The notes under the pieces: generated by a model
Told to the model about the DNA's origin: nothing
Seen by the model: only the letters and a program-made list of their open reading frames with translations
Databases searched by the model: none
Origin: the human T2T-CHM13v2.0 reference genome, Homo sapiens
Length of the DNA stretch: 64,000 nt
Reading direction: 5' to 3' (one strand)
Assembly (NCBI RefSeq): GCF_009914755.1
Contig: NC_060947.1
In this document: positions 13,493 to 31,917 of the stretch, piece by piece
Layout: every line of letters starts with the position of its first letter
Numbering within the stretch: position 1 is the stretch's first letter
Position numbers and translations under genes: made by a program

Positions 13493-16400
13493 ACATACAA
13501 TGGAGCACCAATATGTCTGGCAGCAGACTTTTAGTGGAAACTTAACAGGCTAGGAGAGAGTGGCATGACATATTTAAAATGCTGAAGGAAAAAAAAAGTT
13601 TACCCTAGAATAGTATATCCAGTGAAAATACCCTTCAAACATAAGAAGAAATAAATACTTTCCCAGACAAGCAAAAGCTGAAGGATTTAATCAATACCAG
13701 ACCTGTCTTACAAGAAATACTAAAGAGAATTCTTCAATCTGAAAGAAAAGGATGTTAATGAGCAATAAGAAATTATCTGAAGGTACAAAACTCACTGGAA
13801 ATAGTAAGTACACTGGAAAAAAACAGAATATTGTAATAATGAAGCATCTTCTTTGACCACAATGAAATAAAACTAGAAATTAATAACAGGAAGAATTTTG
13901 GAAACTATAAAAACACATGAAAATTAAACAATATGCTTCTGAATGACCAGTGGGTCAATGGAGAAGCTAAGAAGGAAATTGAACATTTTTTTTTGAAACA
14001 AATGATAATGGCAACACAACACACCATACCTCTGGGATAGAGCAAAAGCAGTACCAAGAGGGAAGCTTATAGCTATAAGTGCCTACATCAAAAAAGAAGC
14101 AAAACTTCAAATAAACAACCTAAAGATGCGTCTTAAAGAAATAGAAAAGCAACAGCAAACCAAACCCAAAATTAGTAGAAAAAAAGAAATAATAAAGATC
14201 AGAACACAAATAAATGAATTTGAAATGAGGAAAACAACACAAAACATCAATGAAACAAAAAGTTGGTTTTTTGAAAAGTTAAAATTGACAGACCTTTAGC
14301 CAGATTAACTAAGAAAAAAATAGATAAAATCCAAATAAATAAAGTCAGAGATGAAAAAGGAGACATTACAACTGGATACTGCAGAAATTCAAAGGATCAT
14401 TAGTGGCTACTATGAGCAACAATATGCCAATAAATTGGAAAATCTAGAAGAAATGGACACATTCCTAGACATACACAATCTACCAAGATTGAAAGAGAAA
14501 GAAATTCAAAACTTGAACAGACCAATTTTAACAAGTAATGAGATTGAAGTCACAATAAAAAGTCTCGTAGTAAAGAAAAGCCCAGGACCCAGTGGCTTCA
14601 CAGTGAATTTCTACCAAACATTTAAAGAAGAACTAATACCAATCCTATTCAAACTGTTTCAAAAAGTAGAAAAGGAGGGAATACCTCCAAACTCATTCTA
14701 TGAGGCCAGTATTATGGTGATACCAAAAGCAGAAAAAGACACATCAAAAAAAGAAAAAAAAAGAAAACTTTAGGCCAATATCTCTGATGAATACTGATGC
14801 AAAAAAATCCTCAACAAAATACTAGCAAACTAAATTTAGCAATACATTAGAAATATCATTCATTATAACCAAGTGGGATTTATCCCTGGGATGCAAGCAT
14901 GGTTAAATATATGCAAATCAATCAGTGTGATACATCATATCCACAGGATGAAGGGTAAAAACCATATGATCATTTCTATTGATGATGAAAAAGCATTTGA
15001 TAAATTTCAACATCCCTTCCTGAATAAAAAAAAAACTGGGGATAGAAGAAACATACCTCAACATAATAAAAGCCATATATAACAGACCCATAGCTAGTAT
15101 CATACTGAATGGGAAAAAATTGAAAGCCTTTTCTCTGAGATCTGGAACAAGGCAAGGATGCCCACTTTCTCCACTGTTACTCAACATAGTGCAGAAAGTC
15201 CTTGCTAGGGCAATCAGAGAAGAGAAAGAAATCAAGGGCATCCAAATTGGAAATGAAATGAAATTATCCTTGTTTGCAGATGATATGATATTATATTTAG
15301 GAAAACCTAAAGGTGCCACCAAAAACTATTAGAACTGATAAATTCAGTGAAGTTGCAGGATACAAAATCAACATATGAAAATCAGTAGTATTTCTATATG
15401 CCAATAGCAAATAATCTGCAAAAGAAATAAAATTAATTCCATTTATAATAGCCACACATACAGATAAATACCTAGGAATTAACATGACTAAAGAAGTGAA
15501 AGATCTCTACAATGAAAACTATAAAACACTGATGAAAGAAATTGAAGAGAACACAAAAAAATGAAAGATATTCCATGTTCATGGATTGGAAGAATCAATA
15601 TTGTTAAAATGTCCATACTACCCAAACCAATCTCCAAATTCAATGCAATTTGTATCAAAATATCAATGGTACTCTTCACAGAAATAGAAAAAAAATCCTA
15701 AAATTTATATAGAGCCACAGAAGGTCCCAAATAGTCAAAGCTTTCCTAAGCAAAAAGAACAAAACTGGAGGAATTACATTACCTGCCTTCAAACTATACT
15801 GTAGAGCTACGGTAACCAAAACAACATGGTACTGGCATTGAAAGATACACATAGACCAATGGAACAGAATAGAGAACCCAGAACAAATCCACACACCTAC
15901 ATTGAACTCATTTTTGACAAAAAGTGCCAAGAACATACACTGGGGGAAAAGGCAGTCTCTTCAATAAATAGTACTGGGAAAACTGGATATCCATATGCAG
16001 AAGAATGAAACTGGACCTCTGTCTCTTGCTATATACAAAATCAAATCAAAATGGATTGAAGACTTAAATCTAAGACCTCAAAATATGAAACTACTACAAG
16101 AAAACAGGGAAACTCTCCAGGACATTAGTATGGGCAAAAACGTCTTGAGTAATATCACACAAGCACTGGCAACCAAAGCAAAAATGAACAAATGGGATCA
16201 TATCAAATTAAAAAGCTTCTATACACCAGAGGAACCAGCCAACAAAGTAATGAGACAAGCCACAGAATGAGAGAAAATATTTGCAAACTACCCATCTGAC
16301 AAAGGATTAATAACCAGAATACATAAGGAGCTCAAACAACTCTATAGGAAAAAAATCTAATAATCTGATCAAAAAATGGGTAAAAGACTTAAATAGACAC

Positions 16401-16971
16401 TTCTCAAAAGAAACATATGAATGGCAAACAGGCATATGAAAAGGTGCTCAATGTCAGTGATCATCAGAGAAATGCAAATCAAAACTACAATGAGATAACA
16501 TCACACCTCAGTTAAATGGCTAAAAGGCTTATATACAAAAGACAGACAATAACAAATGCTGACAAGGATGTGGAGGAAAGGGAATCCTCATACACTGTTG
16601 GTGGGGATGTAAATTAGTATAACCAATAGGGAGAACAGTTTGGAGGTTCCTCAAAAATCTAAAAATAGAGCTCCCATATGATCCAGTAATCCCATTGCTG
16701 GGTACATATCCAAAAGAAAGGAAGTTAGTATATTGAAGAGATATCTGCACTCCTGTGTTTGTTGCAGCACTGTTTACAATAGCTAACATTTTGGAAGCAA
16801 CCTAAGTATCCATCAACAAATGAATGGATAAAGAAAGTGTGGTACATATACACAATGGAGTACTATTCAGCCATTAAAATTAATGAGATCCTGTCATTTG
16901 CAACAACATGAGTGGAACTAGAAATCATTATGTTAAGCAAAATAAACCAGGCACAGAAAGACAAACATCAT

Positions 16972-17327
<356 letters not shown>

Positions 17328-20300
17328 TCACATTTTCTCCCATTCTGTTCTCATTTATTTGTGGGATCTAAAAATCAAAAGAATTGAACTAATGGACATA
17401 GAGAGTAGAAGGATGGTTACCAGAGGCTGGGAAAGGTAGTTGGGAACTAGGGGGGAGGTGGGATGCTTAATGGGTACAAAAAACATAGTTAGAAAGAATG
17501 AATAAGATCTACTATTTGATAGCATAACAGGGTGACTGTAGTCAATAATAATTTTACATTTTAAAATAACTGAAAGAGTGTAATAGGATGATTTGTAACT
17601 CAAAGGATAAGTGTTTGAGGGCATGGATACCCCATTCTCCATGATGTGCTTATTTCGCATTGCATCCCTATATCAAAACATCTCATGTACCCTGTAAATA
17701 TATACACCTACTATGAACTCACAAAAATTAAAACTAAAACTTATATAAAAACAAAAGTCAGGCAATAACGAATACTGGCAAGAATGTGGAAAAAAGGGGA
17801 ACCTTTTATGTTGTTGGTGGGAATGTAAATTAGCACAACCACTCTGGAGAACCATTTGAAGGTTCCTCAAAAAATTAAAATAAAGCTATTGTATGGTGCA
17901 GCAATTTCACTCCTAGGTATATACCCAAGAGAAAGGAAATCGGTATATCAAAGAGATATCTGCACTCTTGTTTGTTGCAGCACTGTTTATAATAGCTAAG
18001 ATTTGAATGCAACCTAAGTGTCATCAACGGATGAATGGATAAAAAAAATGTGGTACATGTACACAATGGAGCATTATTCAGCCGTAAGAATGAAGTCCTG
18101 TCATCTGCAACAACATGGATGATTCTGGAGATCATTATGTTAAGTGAAATAAGCCCAGCACAGAAATGCAAACTTCGCATGTTCTCACTTATTTGTCGGA
18201 GGTAAAAATTAAAATAATTGAACTCATGGAGATAGAGAGTTTAGAAAGATAGTTACCAGAGGCTGGAAAGAGAAGTGAGAGGTTTGGGGGAGGGGAGTGG
18301 GGATCATTAAGGGGTACAAAAACTAGTTAGAAAGAATGAATAATAACTAGTATTTGCTAGCACGATAGGGTGACTATAGTCAAAAGTAATTTAATTGTAC
18401 ACTTTTAATTAAATAAAAAGGTACAATCGGATTATTTGTAAGACAAAGAATAAATGCTCGAGGTGATGGATATCTCCATTTACCCTGATGTGATTATTAT
18501 TCATTGTATGCCTGTATCAAAATATCTCATGTACTCTTTAAATACATACACCTATTATGTACACAGCAACTTTTTTTTTTTTTTAGAAAAGATAACTGGA
18601 CAAATATTAACAGCTTGGGGGACAGAAAAATACTTGCAGTTCTTTATTCATGGCCATGCTTGTCAAAATTTTCACACTTGAAATTCCATTTCTTCCATGG
18701 CTCCACTAATACTGTCCCCCTTCGTACATCTCATTGACCAGAAACATCCACCTGACCGACTCACAACTGGGGGTATGTGAAGGTGGACTGGGTTGAGAAT
18801 AGAAAAGTAGTCAGGCAGTGGGAGACAAAACTGAGAGGCCAGACTTTCAGCTTGTCCTCATTCCCTAGGCAGCCAGACAAACAGAGATTAGGCATTAGGG
18901 ATTGCAGAGGTACTTCAGAAGACATAGGATGGGATGAGTAACCCGGAAGAAGCAGTGGTTGCTTCAGTATCCCAGCTCGTTTCAGCCATCCCCATTCCAC
19001 ATACACACTGGGTACTAAATAAGTATCCAAGTACTCAACTAGCCCCAGGACACAAGTCTTAATATCAATCTTTTCTGATTTAGGACCATGCTTGTAAAAT
19101 ATTTCCTACTTTAGGATTGACCCAATGTACCCCCAACACTCACTCCGGGCTCCTCTGCTAGAAGCCACTTCCAGAGAACTTTTTTAAAAAAAATTCTACT
19201 AAATTCTAGAAATTTTTAAAAATATTTCAGTTTAAAAGTTTTTGGAAGGTAATCAGGGTATTTTACTAGGAGTCAAGAAGGCACAGACCCAAATTTTAGG
19301 TTAAAGAAAGTATACAGCATGAACTTAACTATAAAGTATGTTTTTCTCCACCCTCTCTCAACTTCTGTCTGTCTGTCCCTGTCATGCTCTCTCTTTTTCT
19401 CACTCTTTTTCTTTCCTCCTCTTAATCTCAAGAGTTTCTTCTTGATGAATATGGCCTTGAGCCATCCTTAAACCTAAAAGTAGTGTCATTGATTAATTAA
19501 GGTGCATTCTGAAACCAGGGCTTCCTGGTTTCCAGAGAATCCTGATACCTTGATGCACTGAGTCACAGGATAAGGGGAGTAGCTTAAATGTCCATGCTTC
19601 CAAATGCCTCTTCTGTGCCTCACCTTCATTCAACTTCTCTGAGGGCTAGTTGCCCATAGAAGCTTCTTAATGATGTGATTATTCTAACTCAATTAGCAGA
19701 GAATGAAAGGAACAAAGGAAACTGATTTTGCAGTTCGCTGGTCATTGAAAGACATCCTACCTTAAAATGTCAGCTAATTAGCAGATGGCGGGAGAGAGAG
19801 ATTTTAATGAGCACTTAGACCATATTATCAGATTTTTCTGTAATTATTAATATTATATTTCAACAAATAAACCCAAACATATGGTACAGCAAATTTTATT
19901 TGAAAAATAAATTTCTATCACTCTCATCCTAGCCAGATATTATAATCATAATGTCCAAAATCATAGAAATAATTAATTCCCAAATTAGTATTTTTATAAT
20001 TAAACACTGACCAGTTCTCTTTAATTACTTTGTGGACTCTGAACCTGTAATAATCTTTGGATGTACTTAATTCTCAATTAAGAAAGATGGAAAGTTGAGA
20101 GAAAAAGGTACATTTGAGAAAATAGCACTGGAAGAGGGCCAGTGGCTGCAGATTCTAAAATGCAGAGAAAGTAGCTGTTCTATTCTCTGGAAGAAAAGGC
20201 ATAAGCAAAGGAAAGCAACATCTAGGTTGACAACTTTGGTTAAAATTTACCCAGCATTTATTATGTATTAGGCACTGCTCTAAGCATTTTATACTCATCA

Positions 20301-20729
20301 TATCATATATACCTCATAACTGCCCTATGGAAAAGGTTGTTTGTTATCCTCTTTATGTATGCATCCTAACATACATAATGTTATATGTATGTATCCTAAC
20401 ATACATGTTATATGTATGTTAAATGCATGTATACGTACATACAAAAAGAGGATAACAAACAACCCTTTGGCAGGGCAGTGGAAGGTATGTATGTACATAT
20501 GTATCCTAACATACATAAAGAGATTAAGTAGCTTGCTCAGTCATAAAAATAGCAACAGTAGCAGGATTTGTAGCTATATGGTCTAACTAGAAAGACCAAA
20601 CTCATAATTATTATGCAGTTCTTCGAAGAAAGATGAGATCACAAATATTCTTAAGCATCAAAAAAGACCAGTAATGAAAAAGCACAGTAGATTATTAAAG
20701 GAATACATAGCTAGAGATGAAGGGCTTAA

Positions 20730-21069
<340 letters not shown>

Positions 21070-21215
21070 ACCAAGGTTTTTTTTTTAAAGAGGGAAATAC
21101 ACACATATTCATACATATGTCCAAGTTTGATGGGACAGAGACCATGCACCTGTAGTCCATTTTTTTAAAAACTGAAAGTAGATGTATAACTTTGGTAGAG
21201 AGGAGTTTCAGTGAG

Positions 21216-21217
<2 letters not shown>

Positions 21218-21247
<30 letters not shown>
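21218..21247. repeat. (CA)n microsatellite
   Basis: About 15 CA units. Confidence 0.95.
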
Positions 21248-21249
<2 letters not shown>

Positions 21250-21419
21250 CAAGAATTTAGAAATATGATTTTCCTCTAAAAGCTAAACCAGTAAAAGCCA
21301 GCCACAATGGATGTGATGATTGGATTGGAGGACACAATCAAAAGACTGCCTGTCCAGGTATGACAACAAAATATGCACACACCCAACACACCAGTCAAGG
21401 TTGAGTTGGGACCAGTCCA

Positions 21420-22500
21420 ATGAAAGGGAAGACAGGTCATGTCCAGGCAGAAGTATGGCATGTGCAAAAACTAGGAGGTGAGAGAGAGAGAGAGCAATAT
21501 GTATTCAGAGATCTTAGAAAAGTTCAGTATGGCCAAAGCATTGAAGATAGAGTAGTAGCCAGGGGCGGGGCCCTGAAAGGTCTTGTCTGCCACATCAAGG
21601 TTGATTGGACCTTGTCTCCAGTACAGTGGGAAGCCAGACATTGAGATGTTCTCAGTCAGACATGGAAGCATTCAGATTTTAGGAGGGTGTCTTTGACTGC
21701 AGTGTATTGGAGTTGTCCCCACACCCACTCCACAGCAGAGGAGGCTGCTGCAGATAACCAGAAGGGAGATGGCCTGGGCAAGGTAGGCAGGAGTGGCATC
21801 TGGTAGGAGTGGACTGATGAGAGACATCTCAGAGGTACATGGATGGTGTCTTAGTCCACTGGGGCTGCTATAACAAAATACCTTACACTGGGTAATTTAT
21901 AAACAACAGAAACATATTTCTTACAGTTCTAGAAGCTGGGAAGTCCGAGACCAAGGTGCCAGCAAATGTGGTATCTGGTGAGGGTTCCCCTGCTTCATAG
22001 ATGGTGCCTTGTTACTGTGTCCTCGCATGAAAGAATGGGCTAAGGGAGCTTGCTCCAGCCTCTCTTCTAAGGGCACTCATCCTATTCATGAGGGTAGAGC
22101 CTTCATCTGACTTAACCACTTCTTAAAGGCCTCATCTCTTAATACTATCACACTGGTTATTAGGTTCCAACATATGAATTTTGGGGAGGCACCAACCTTC
22201 AAACAATAGCAGATGGGATGTGGGGGTGAGGCAGAGAAGAGAGTCTGGCTTGGGCAGTGAGGCGCATTGATGGTGTCCGTCATGGAGAGTGAGGACCCCT
22301 TGAGGAGGAGCAGGAAGAAGAGGAGGAAGGGGAGGAGAAACAGGTATTTGAGGAGAAAGTGGAGGAGTTCAGGTTGAGAAAAGTTGAGTTGTGGGAGGTT
22401 GTGAGTTACCCAAAGGGAGCTCTTCAGTGACTAGTTGATCATATGGATCTGGAGTTCAGGTGTGAGGCCTGCACTGGGAGAAGCTGTGGGTGTCATCAGC
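21420..22500 (-). mobile_element. L2 LINE fragments, interrupted by an MLT1 LTR
   Basis: Purine-rich L2-like text (gagttcaggttgag...gttgagttgtgggagg...tggatctggagttcagg) on both sides of the LTR. Confidence 0.6.
21847..22211 (-). mobile_element. MLT1A-like MaLR solo LTR
   Basis: tgtcttagtcc...ctgctataacaaaatacc...caaacaatagca; TG..CA ends; 5-bp TSD gatgg. Confidence 0.9.
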
Positions 22501-24799
22501 CTTCAGAACCCCGAGGGAAGATCAGCTGGCTAGAGGAAATCCAACCATGAAAATGGGGAAAAGAAATGAGAAACAGAGAAAACTGTAAGGCACAGACAGC
22601 TGATGCCTAAAGCTTCTCATATGTTGTGGAAAAGATGGAGGACTTTTGCAATCCCCCAGAGGCAATCTTATTTATTTCCTTACTATGGTGGTTTCTTGCT
22701 AACTGTGTGTTTGTGTTTCTGCAGGTGGGGCAGCCTAGGGGTTGTCATTCTTTTACTACCTTTGTATTTTTTTAGGCCTTCGAGAGCTCTTGGTATTTGT
22801 CTGCTTTTGAGGAAGGTAGTTTCCTTTTCCTTTTCTTCCTCCCTCTTCCAGACTATTTGTGTAGTTCTGTCTGCCAGAGCTTGCCAGTGGGGACTTCTTA
22901 AACATGTACATATGAGGCAGCTTAATTCATTGCTGAAGAGCGTAGGTTTGGCGTCACAGTCCTGATGGTTGTCATGGTTACCTAGTCATTAACATGGCTA
23001 AGTATGCATGAGAAACAGGCCATTGCCTAAGTCTTGGGAATCCTTGTCACATGAATGGCTTTATAGATGCAATTGATTTTCTGTAACTTATTTTATTTTT
23101 TCAGACACCAGAAATATGTCTTTTAATAATAGGAAGAAGCCTTATAGAGAGCATAGAGTAAAATGAATAATAGGAAACAATTTCAACAGGAGATAATTTT
23201 CACAGGAAGGTGGTAGTTATATTCCCAAGGGCTCAAGGACCTACTAATATTACCTGGCTTTCATTCCAACATCTTGTCCATCAGAGAATCTTTGTGCTTT
23301 CTGGCCCTGTAGTATTTTCATATTTTGGAATCCAAAGACAACACAGACACCTAGTTGATGTTTATCTCCTAAAAAGCACAGCAAGTCACCATGATTCAAT
23401 AGGAGAGGGATGAAGATTTTGCCCCAACACAACTTCATTAGACACCACACTGTAAATTATAGAAAAGGCACTGACTATCGTACATAATATAGATGAGGAA
23501 GGTTCTTTTACTTCGAATGCTCTTTATACCATGGTTTAGCTATTTGACAGAAAAAAATGGCTGTTTATAAATGGGAAGTGTTCAGGATAATAGTGAAGGG
23601 TACTGACTTTAGCAAAGTGCCTACTATGTGTCAGACACTGAATTGGGTATTTTTCATTGGTTTTCTTTTCAACTCCTACCAATTAAATGAGCAGTGTTTA
23701 TATTTCTAATCCTCTTCTATCTATATCTGTTTAAAGAAAATTTGAATATCTCTGTACATATTGGTTCATTGCCTGCTTAGAAAATAACTTTCATTGCTTC
23801 ATTTTTTTTCTTGTACTAATGAACATATGCACTGGGAAGCAATTAGAAAATACAGATGAGTGACACTTAGGAGTCCAGAGTCAGAAATGCAACCTGAACA
23901 TCACAGAGCAGGAATGTTAGAAGGGAAGGTAAGAAGGAGGGAATAAAGAAGTGGGAAGGGGCTGCTGCTGTAACCGCCAGACTGAGCTTTCCAGAAGTTT
24001 GCCTGGCATAGTAAGCACATCAGTGGCAGGCAGCCTCTGCTAAGATTCTTCTTTTTTTTTTTTTTTAATCTGTTGAGATTTCCTCCAGACAAGTCAGCTA
24101 GGCCTCTAGTCTATGCTCTTCTTCCCCCTTCTCCCACTATATCCCTCCCTCTCCCTTATCTCCCTCCTACTACTTCCAGCCTACTTGTCCTACAACATGC
24201 ACAAATCAGGCTGGGAACTGCCAAAGTCTGTCCAGAGTAGGCAGGGAGCTGTCTCAGTCCTAGGGAATCTTCCACCCTCAGATAAAGAGAAGCTCTGGGT
24301 GTGCATGCACACATGTGTGTGCACACGTATGCATGGGTTTAAAATTAAGATAGGATTATGTCGTTTGCAGTTTTTTCTGATTATAAAAGTTGTGCTTGTT
24401 TACTGAGAAAAAACAGTGAAATTCAGAAAAGTGTAAAGAAAATAGAAATTACCTAGAATCTTATAATTCAGATGTTCAGTTATGTTTTGGTACTTTTGTT
24501 TGTAGAGCTTAGAATTTTTCTGTGCACAAACGTATATGTACATACAATTTGTAACCACCATTTTAAATTTAGCCATGTGTTGTGGATCTTTCAATGTCAA
24601 TAACAATTTATATCTTACTTTCTGAATTACTTTAAAACAATATTTTTTATGTTTCAAACTTTAATCTCTATTTTTCTGATTTTAAAGCTAATAAAATCCT
24701 TGTAAAAATCAAATAATATGCAAACATATAACATAGATAATGAAATTTTCCTGTATTTCTTTCACCTGCCAAACCTGTAGAAATATCCTCTGTTAATAA

Positions 24800-25348
24800 T
24801 GTCAGATGCATTTGAAACAGAGCAACTCCATCTTAAATAGGGCTGGGTAAAATAAGGCTGAGACCTACTGGGCTGCATTCCCAGAAGATTAGGCATTCTA
24901 AGTCACAGGCTGAGATAGGAGGTCAGCACAAGATACAGGTTATAAAGACCTTGCTGATAAAACAGCTTGCAGTAAAAAAGCCAGACAAGACCCACCAAAA
25001 CCAAGATGGCAATGAGTGACCTCTGGTTGTCCTCACTGCTACACTCCCACCAGGGCCATGACAGTTTATAAATGCCGTGGCAACATCAGGAAGTTATCCT
25101 GTATGATCTAAAAAGGAGAAGCATGAATAATTCACCTCTTGTTTAGCACATAATCAAGAAATAACCATAAAACTGGGCAACCAGCAACCCTCGAGGGTGC
25201 TCTGCCTATGGAGTAGCCATTCTTTATTACTTTACTTTTCTAATAAACTTGGTTTCACTTTACTATATGGATTCTCCTTGAATTCTTTCTTGTGCTAGAT
25301 CCAAGAACCCTCTCTTTGGGTCTGGATTGGAACCCCTTTCCGGTAACA
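24800..25348 (+). mobile_element. MER41 (ERV1) solo LTR
   Basis: tgtcag...aactccatctt...ggctgagacctactgggctgcattcccag...aataaactt...ccggtaaca; 4-bp TSD ataa. Confidence 0.9.
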
Positions 25349-26010
25349 ATAATACATTATTTTAGAAACGTTTTTCTTGGGATATATACATATATTCTTT
25401 CATAAAAGTGGGGCCATACTAAAAGCATATTACTCTGCATATATCTTTCCAATTCATTCTTACGTTTACAATGTTTGCAAGCTGCTTTTGTTCACCTAGC
25501 AATAAATCATGAACATATTTCAGGTCAATAAATATATTCCTATTTAATTTTATGAATCACGCACTATTCAGTAAGATTTCCTCCAATTTTTGAAATTTTA
25601 ACTAAGCTATTTTTCTGATCATAAAGTATATATGCTTGTTGCAAAATTTTATTTATTTATTTATTTATTATTATTATACTTTTAAGTTTTAGGGTACATG
25701 TGCACAATGTGCAGGTTAGTTACATATGTATACATGTGCCATGCTGGTGTGCTGCACCCATTAACTCGTCATCTAGCATTAGGTATATCTCCCAATGCTA
25801 TCCCTCCCCCCTCCCCTCACCCCACAACAGTCCCCAGAGTGTGATGTTCCCCTTCCTGTGTCCCTGTGATCTCATTGTTCAATTCCCACCTATGAGTGAG
25901 AATATGCGGTGTTTGGTTTTTTGTTCTTGCAATAGTTTAGTGAGAATGATGATTTCCAATTTCATCCATGTCCCTACAAAGGACATGAACTCATCATTTT
26001 TTATGGCTGC

Positions 26011-29700
<3,690 letters not shown>

Positions 29701-29769
29701 TGTCATTATGATGTTAGCTGGTTATTTTGCTCGTTAGTTGAGGCAGTTTCTTCCTAGTCTTCATGGTCT

Positions 29770-30785
29770 TTACGTTTTGGCATGATTTTGCAGAGGCTGG
29801 TACTGGTTGTTCCTTTCCATGTTTAGCGCTTCCTTCAGGAGCTCTTGTAGGGCAGGCCTGGTGGTGACAAAATCTCTCAGCATTTGCTTGTCTGTAAAGT
29901 ATTTCATTTCTCCTTCACTTATGAAGCTCAGTTTGGCTGGATATGAAATTCTGGGTTGAAAATTCTTTTCTTTAAGAATGTTGAATATTGGCCCCCCCTC
30001 TCTTCTGGCTTGTAGAGTTTCTGCCGAGAGATCTGCTGTTAGTCTGATGGGCTTCCCTTTGAGGATAACCCGACCTTTCTCTCTGGCTGCCCTTAACATT
30101 TTTTCCTTCATTTCAACTTTGGTGAATCTGATAATTATGTGTCTTGGTGTTGCTCTTCTCGAGGAGTATCTTTGTGGCGTTCTCTGTATTTCCTGAATCT
30201 GAATGTTGGCCTGCCTTGCTAGATTGGGGAAGTTCTCCTGGATAATATCCTGCAGAGTGTTTTCCAACTTGGTTCCATTCTCCCCATCACTTTCAGGTAC
30301 ACCAATCAGACGTAGATTCGGTCTTTTCACAAAGTGCCATATTTCTTGGAGGCTTTGCTCGTTTCTTTTTATTCTTTTTTCTCCAAACTTCCCTTCTCGC
30401 TTCATTTCATTCATTTCATCTTCCATCACTGATACCCTTTCTTCCAGTTGATTGCATCGGCTCCTGAGGCTTCTGCATTCTTCACGTAGTTCTTGTGCCT
30501 TGGTTTTCAGCTCCATCAGCTCCTTTAAGCACTTCTCTGTATTGGTTATTCTAGTTATACATTCTTCTAAATTTTTTCCAAGTTTTCAACTTCTTTGCCT
30601 TTGGTTTGAATGTCCTCCCATAGCTCGGAGTAATTTGATCGTCTGAAGACTTCTTCTCTCAGCTTGTCAAAGTCATTCTCCGTCCAGCTTTGTTCCATTG
30701 CTGGTGAGGAACTGTGTTCCTTTGGAGGAGGGGAGGCGCTCTGCTTTTTAGAGTTTCCAGTTTTTCTGTTCTGTTTTTTCCCCAT
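29770..30785 (-). pseudogene. L1 ORF1p, frameshifted
   Basis: MGKKQNRKTGNSK (30567-30785) and MELKTKAQELREE...NHAKT (29770-30516) lie in different frames. Confidence 0.95.
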
Positions 30786-31830
30786 CTTTGTGGTTTTATA
30801 TACTTTTTGTCTTTGATGTTGGTGATGTACAGATGGGTTTTTGGTGTGGATGTCCTTTCTGTTTGTTAGTTTTCCTTCTAACAGACAGGACCCTCAGCTG
30901 CAGGTCTGTTGGAGTACCCGGCCGTGTGAGGTGTCAGTCTGCCGCTGCTGGGGGGTGCCTCCCACTTAGGCTGCTCGGGGGTCAGGGGTCAGGGACCCAC
31001 TTGAGGAGGCAGTCTGCCCGTTCTCAGATCTCCAGCTGCATGCTGGGAGAACCACTGCTCTCTTCAAAGCTGTCAGACAGGGACATTTAAGTCTGCAGAG
31101 GTTACTGCTGTCTTTTTGTTTGTCTGTGCCCTGCCCCCAGAGGTGGAGCCTACAGAGGCAGGCAGGCCTCCTTGAGCTGTGGTGGGCTCCACCCAGTTGG
31201 AGCTTCCAGGTTGCTTTGTTTACCTAAGCAAGCCTGGGCAATGGTGGGCGCCCCTCCCCCAGCCTCGCTGCTGCCTTGCAGTTTGATCTCAGACTGCTGT
31301 GCTAGTAATCAGTGAGACTCCGTGGGTGTAGGACCCTCCGAGCCAGGTGCGGAATATAATCTCCTGGTGTGCCATTTTTTAAGCCCTTCGGAAAAGCGCA
31401 GTATTGGGGTGGGAGCGACCCGATTTTCCAGGTGCTGTCTGTCACCCCTTTCTTTCACTAGGAAGAGGAACTCCCTGACCCCTTGCGCTTCCCGAGTGAG
31501 GCAATGCCTCGCCCTGCTTTGGCTCGCATATTCCGCACGCACCCACTCACCTGCGCCCACTGTCTGGCGCTCCCTAGTGAGATGAACCCGGTACCTCAGA
31601 TGGAAATGCAGAAATCACCCCTCTTCTGCGTCGCTCATGCTGGGAGCTGTAGACCGGAGCTGTTCCTATTCGGCCATCTTGGCTCCTCTCCCCCACAAAA
31701 TTTTAAATGATATAAAATTATATAAATTAGGAAGTGAAATTTCCCTGTTTCTCTCCATTCCCCTGTGAAGGTAGCTAATGGTGTCTATTCTTCCATTAAT
31801 TTCTTCGCAAATACCCCCCGCCCCCGTGTC

Positions 31831-31844
31831 TGTCTTTCTCTCTT

Positions 31845-31875
<31 letters not shown>

Positions 31876-31917
31876 AACACACACACACAAACACACACAC
31901 ACAGACACACATACACA
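31831..31917. repeat. (CT)n-(CA)n compound microsatellite
   Basis: Direct reading. Confidence 0.9.

Noticed and set aside
22603-23413. ORFs and acceptor-like sites (~22724, ~23104) as coding exons
   Set aside because: No recognisable protein and no convincing paired donors
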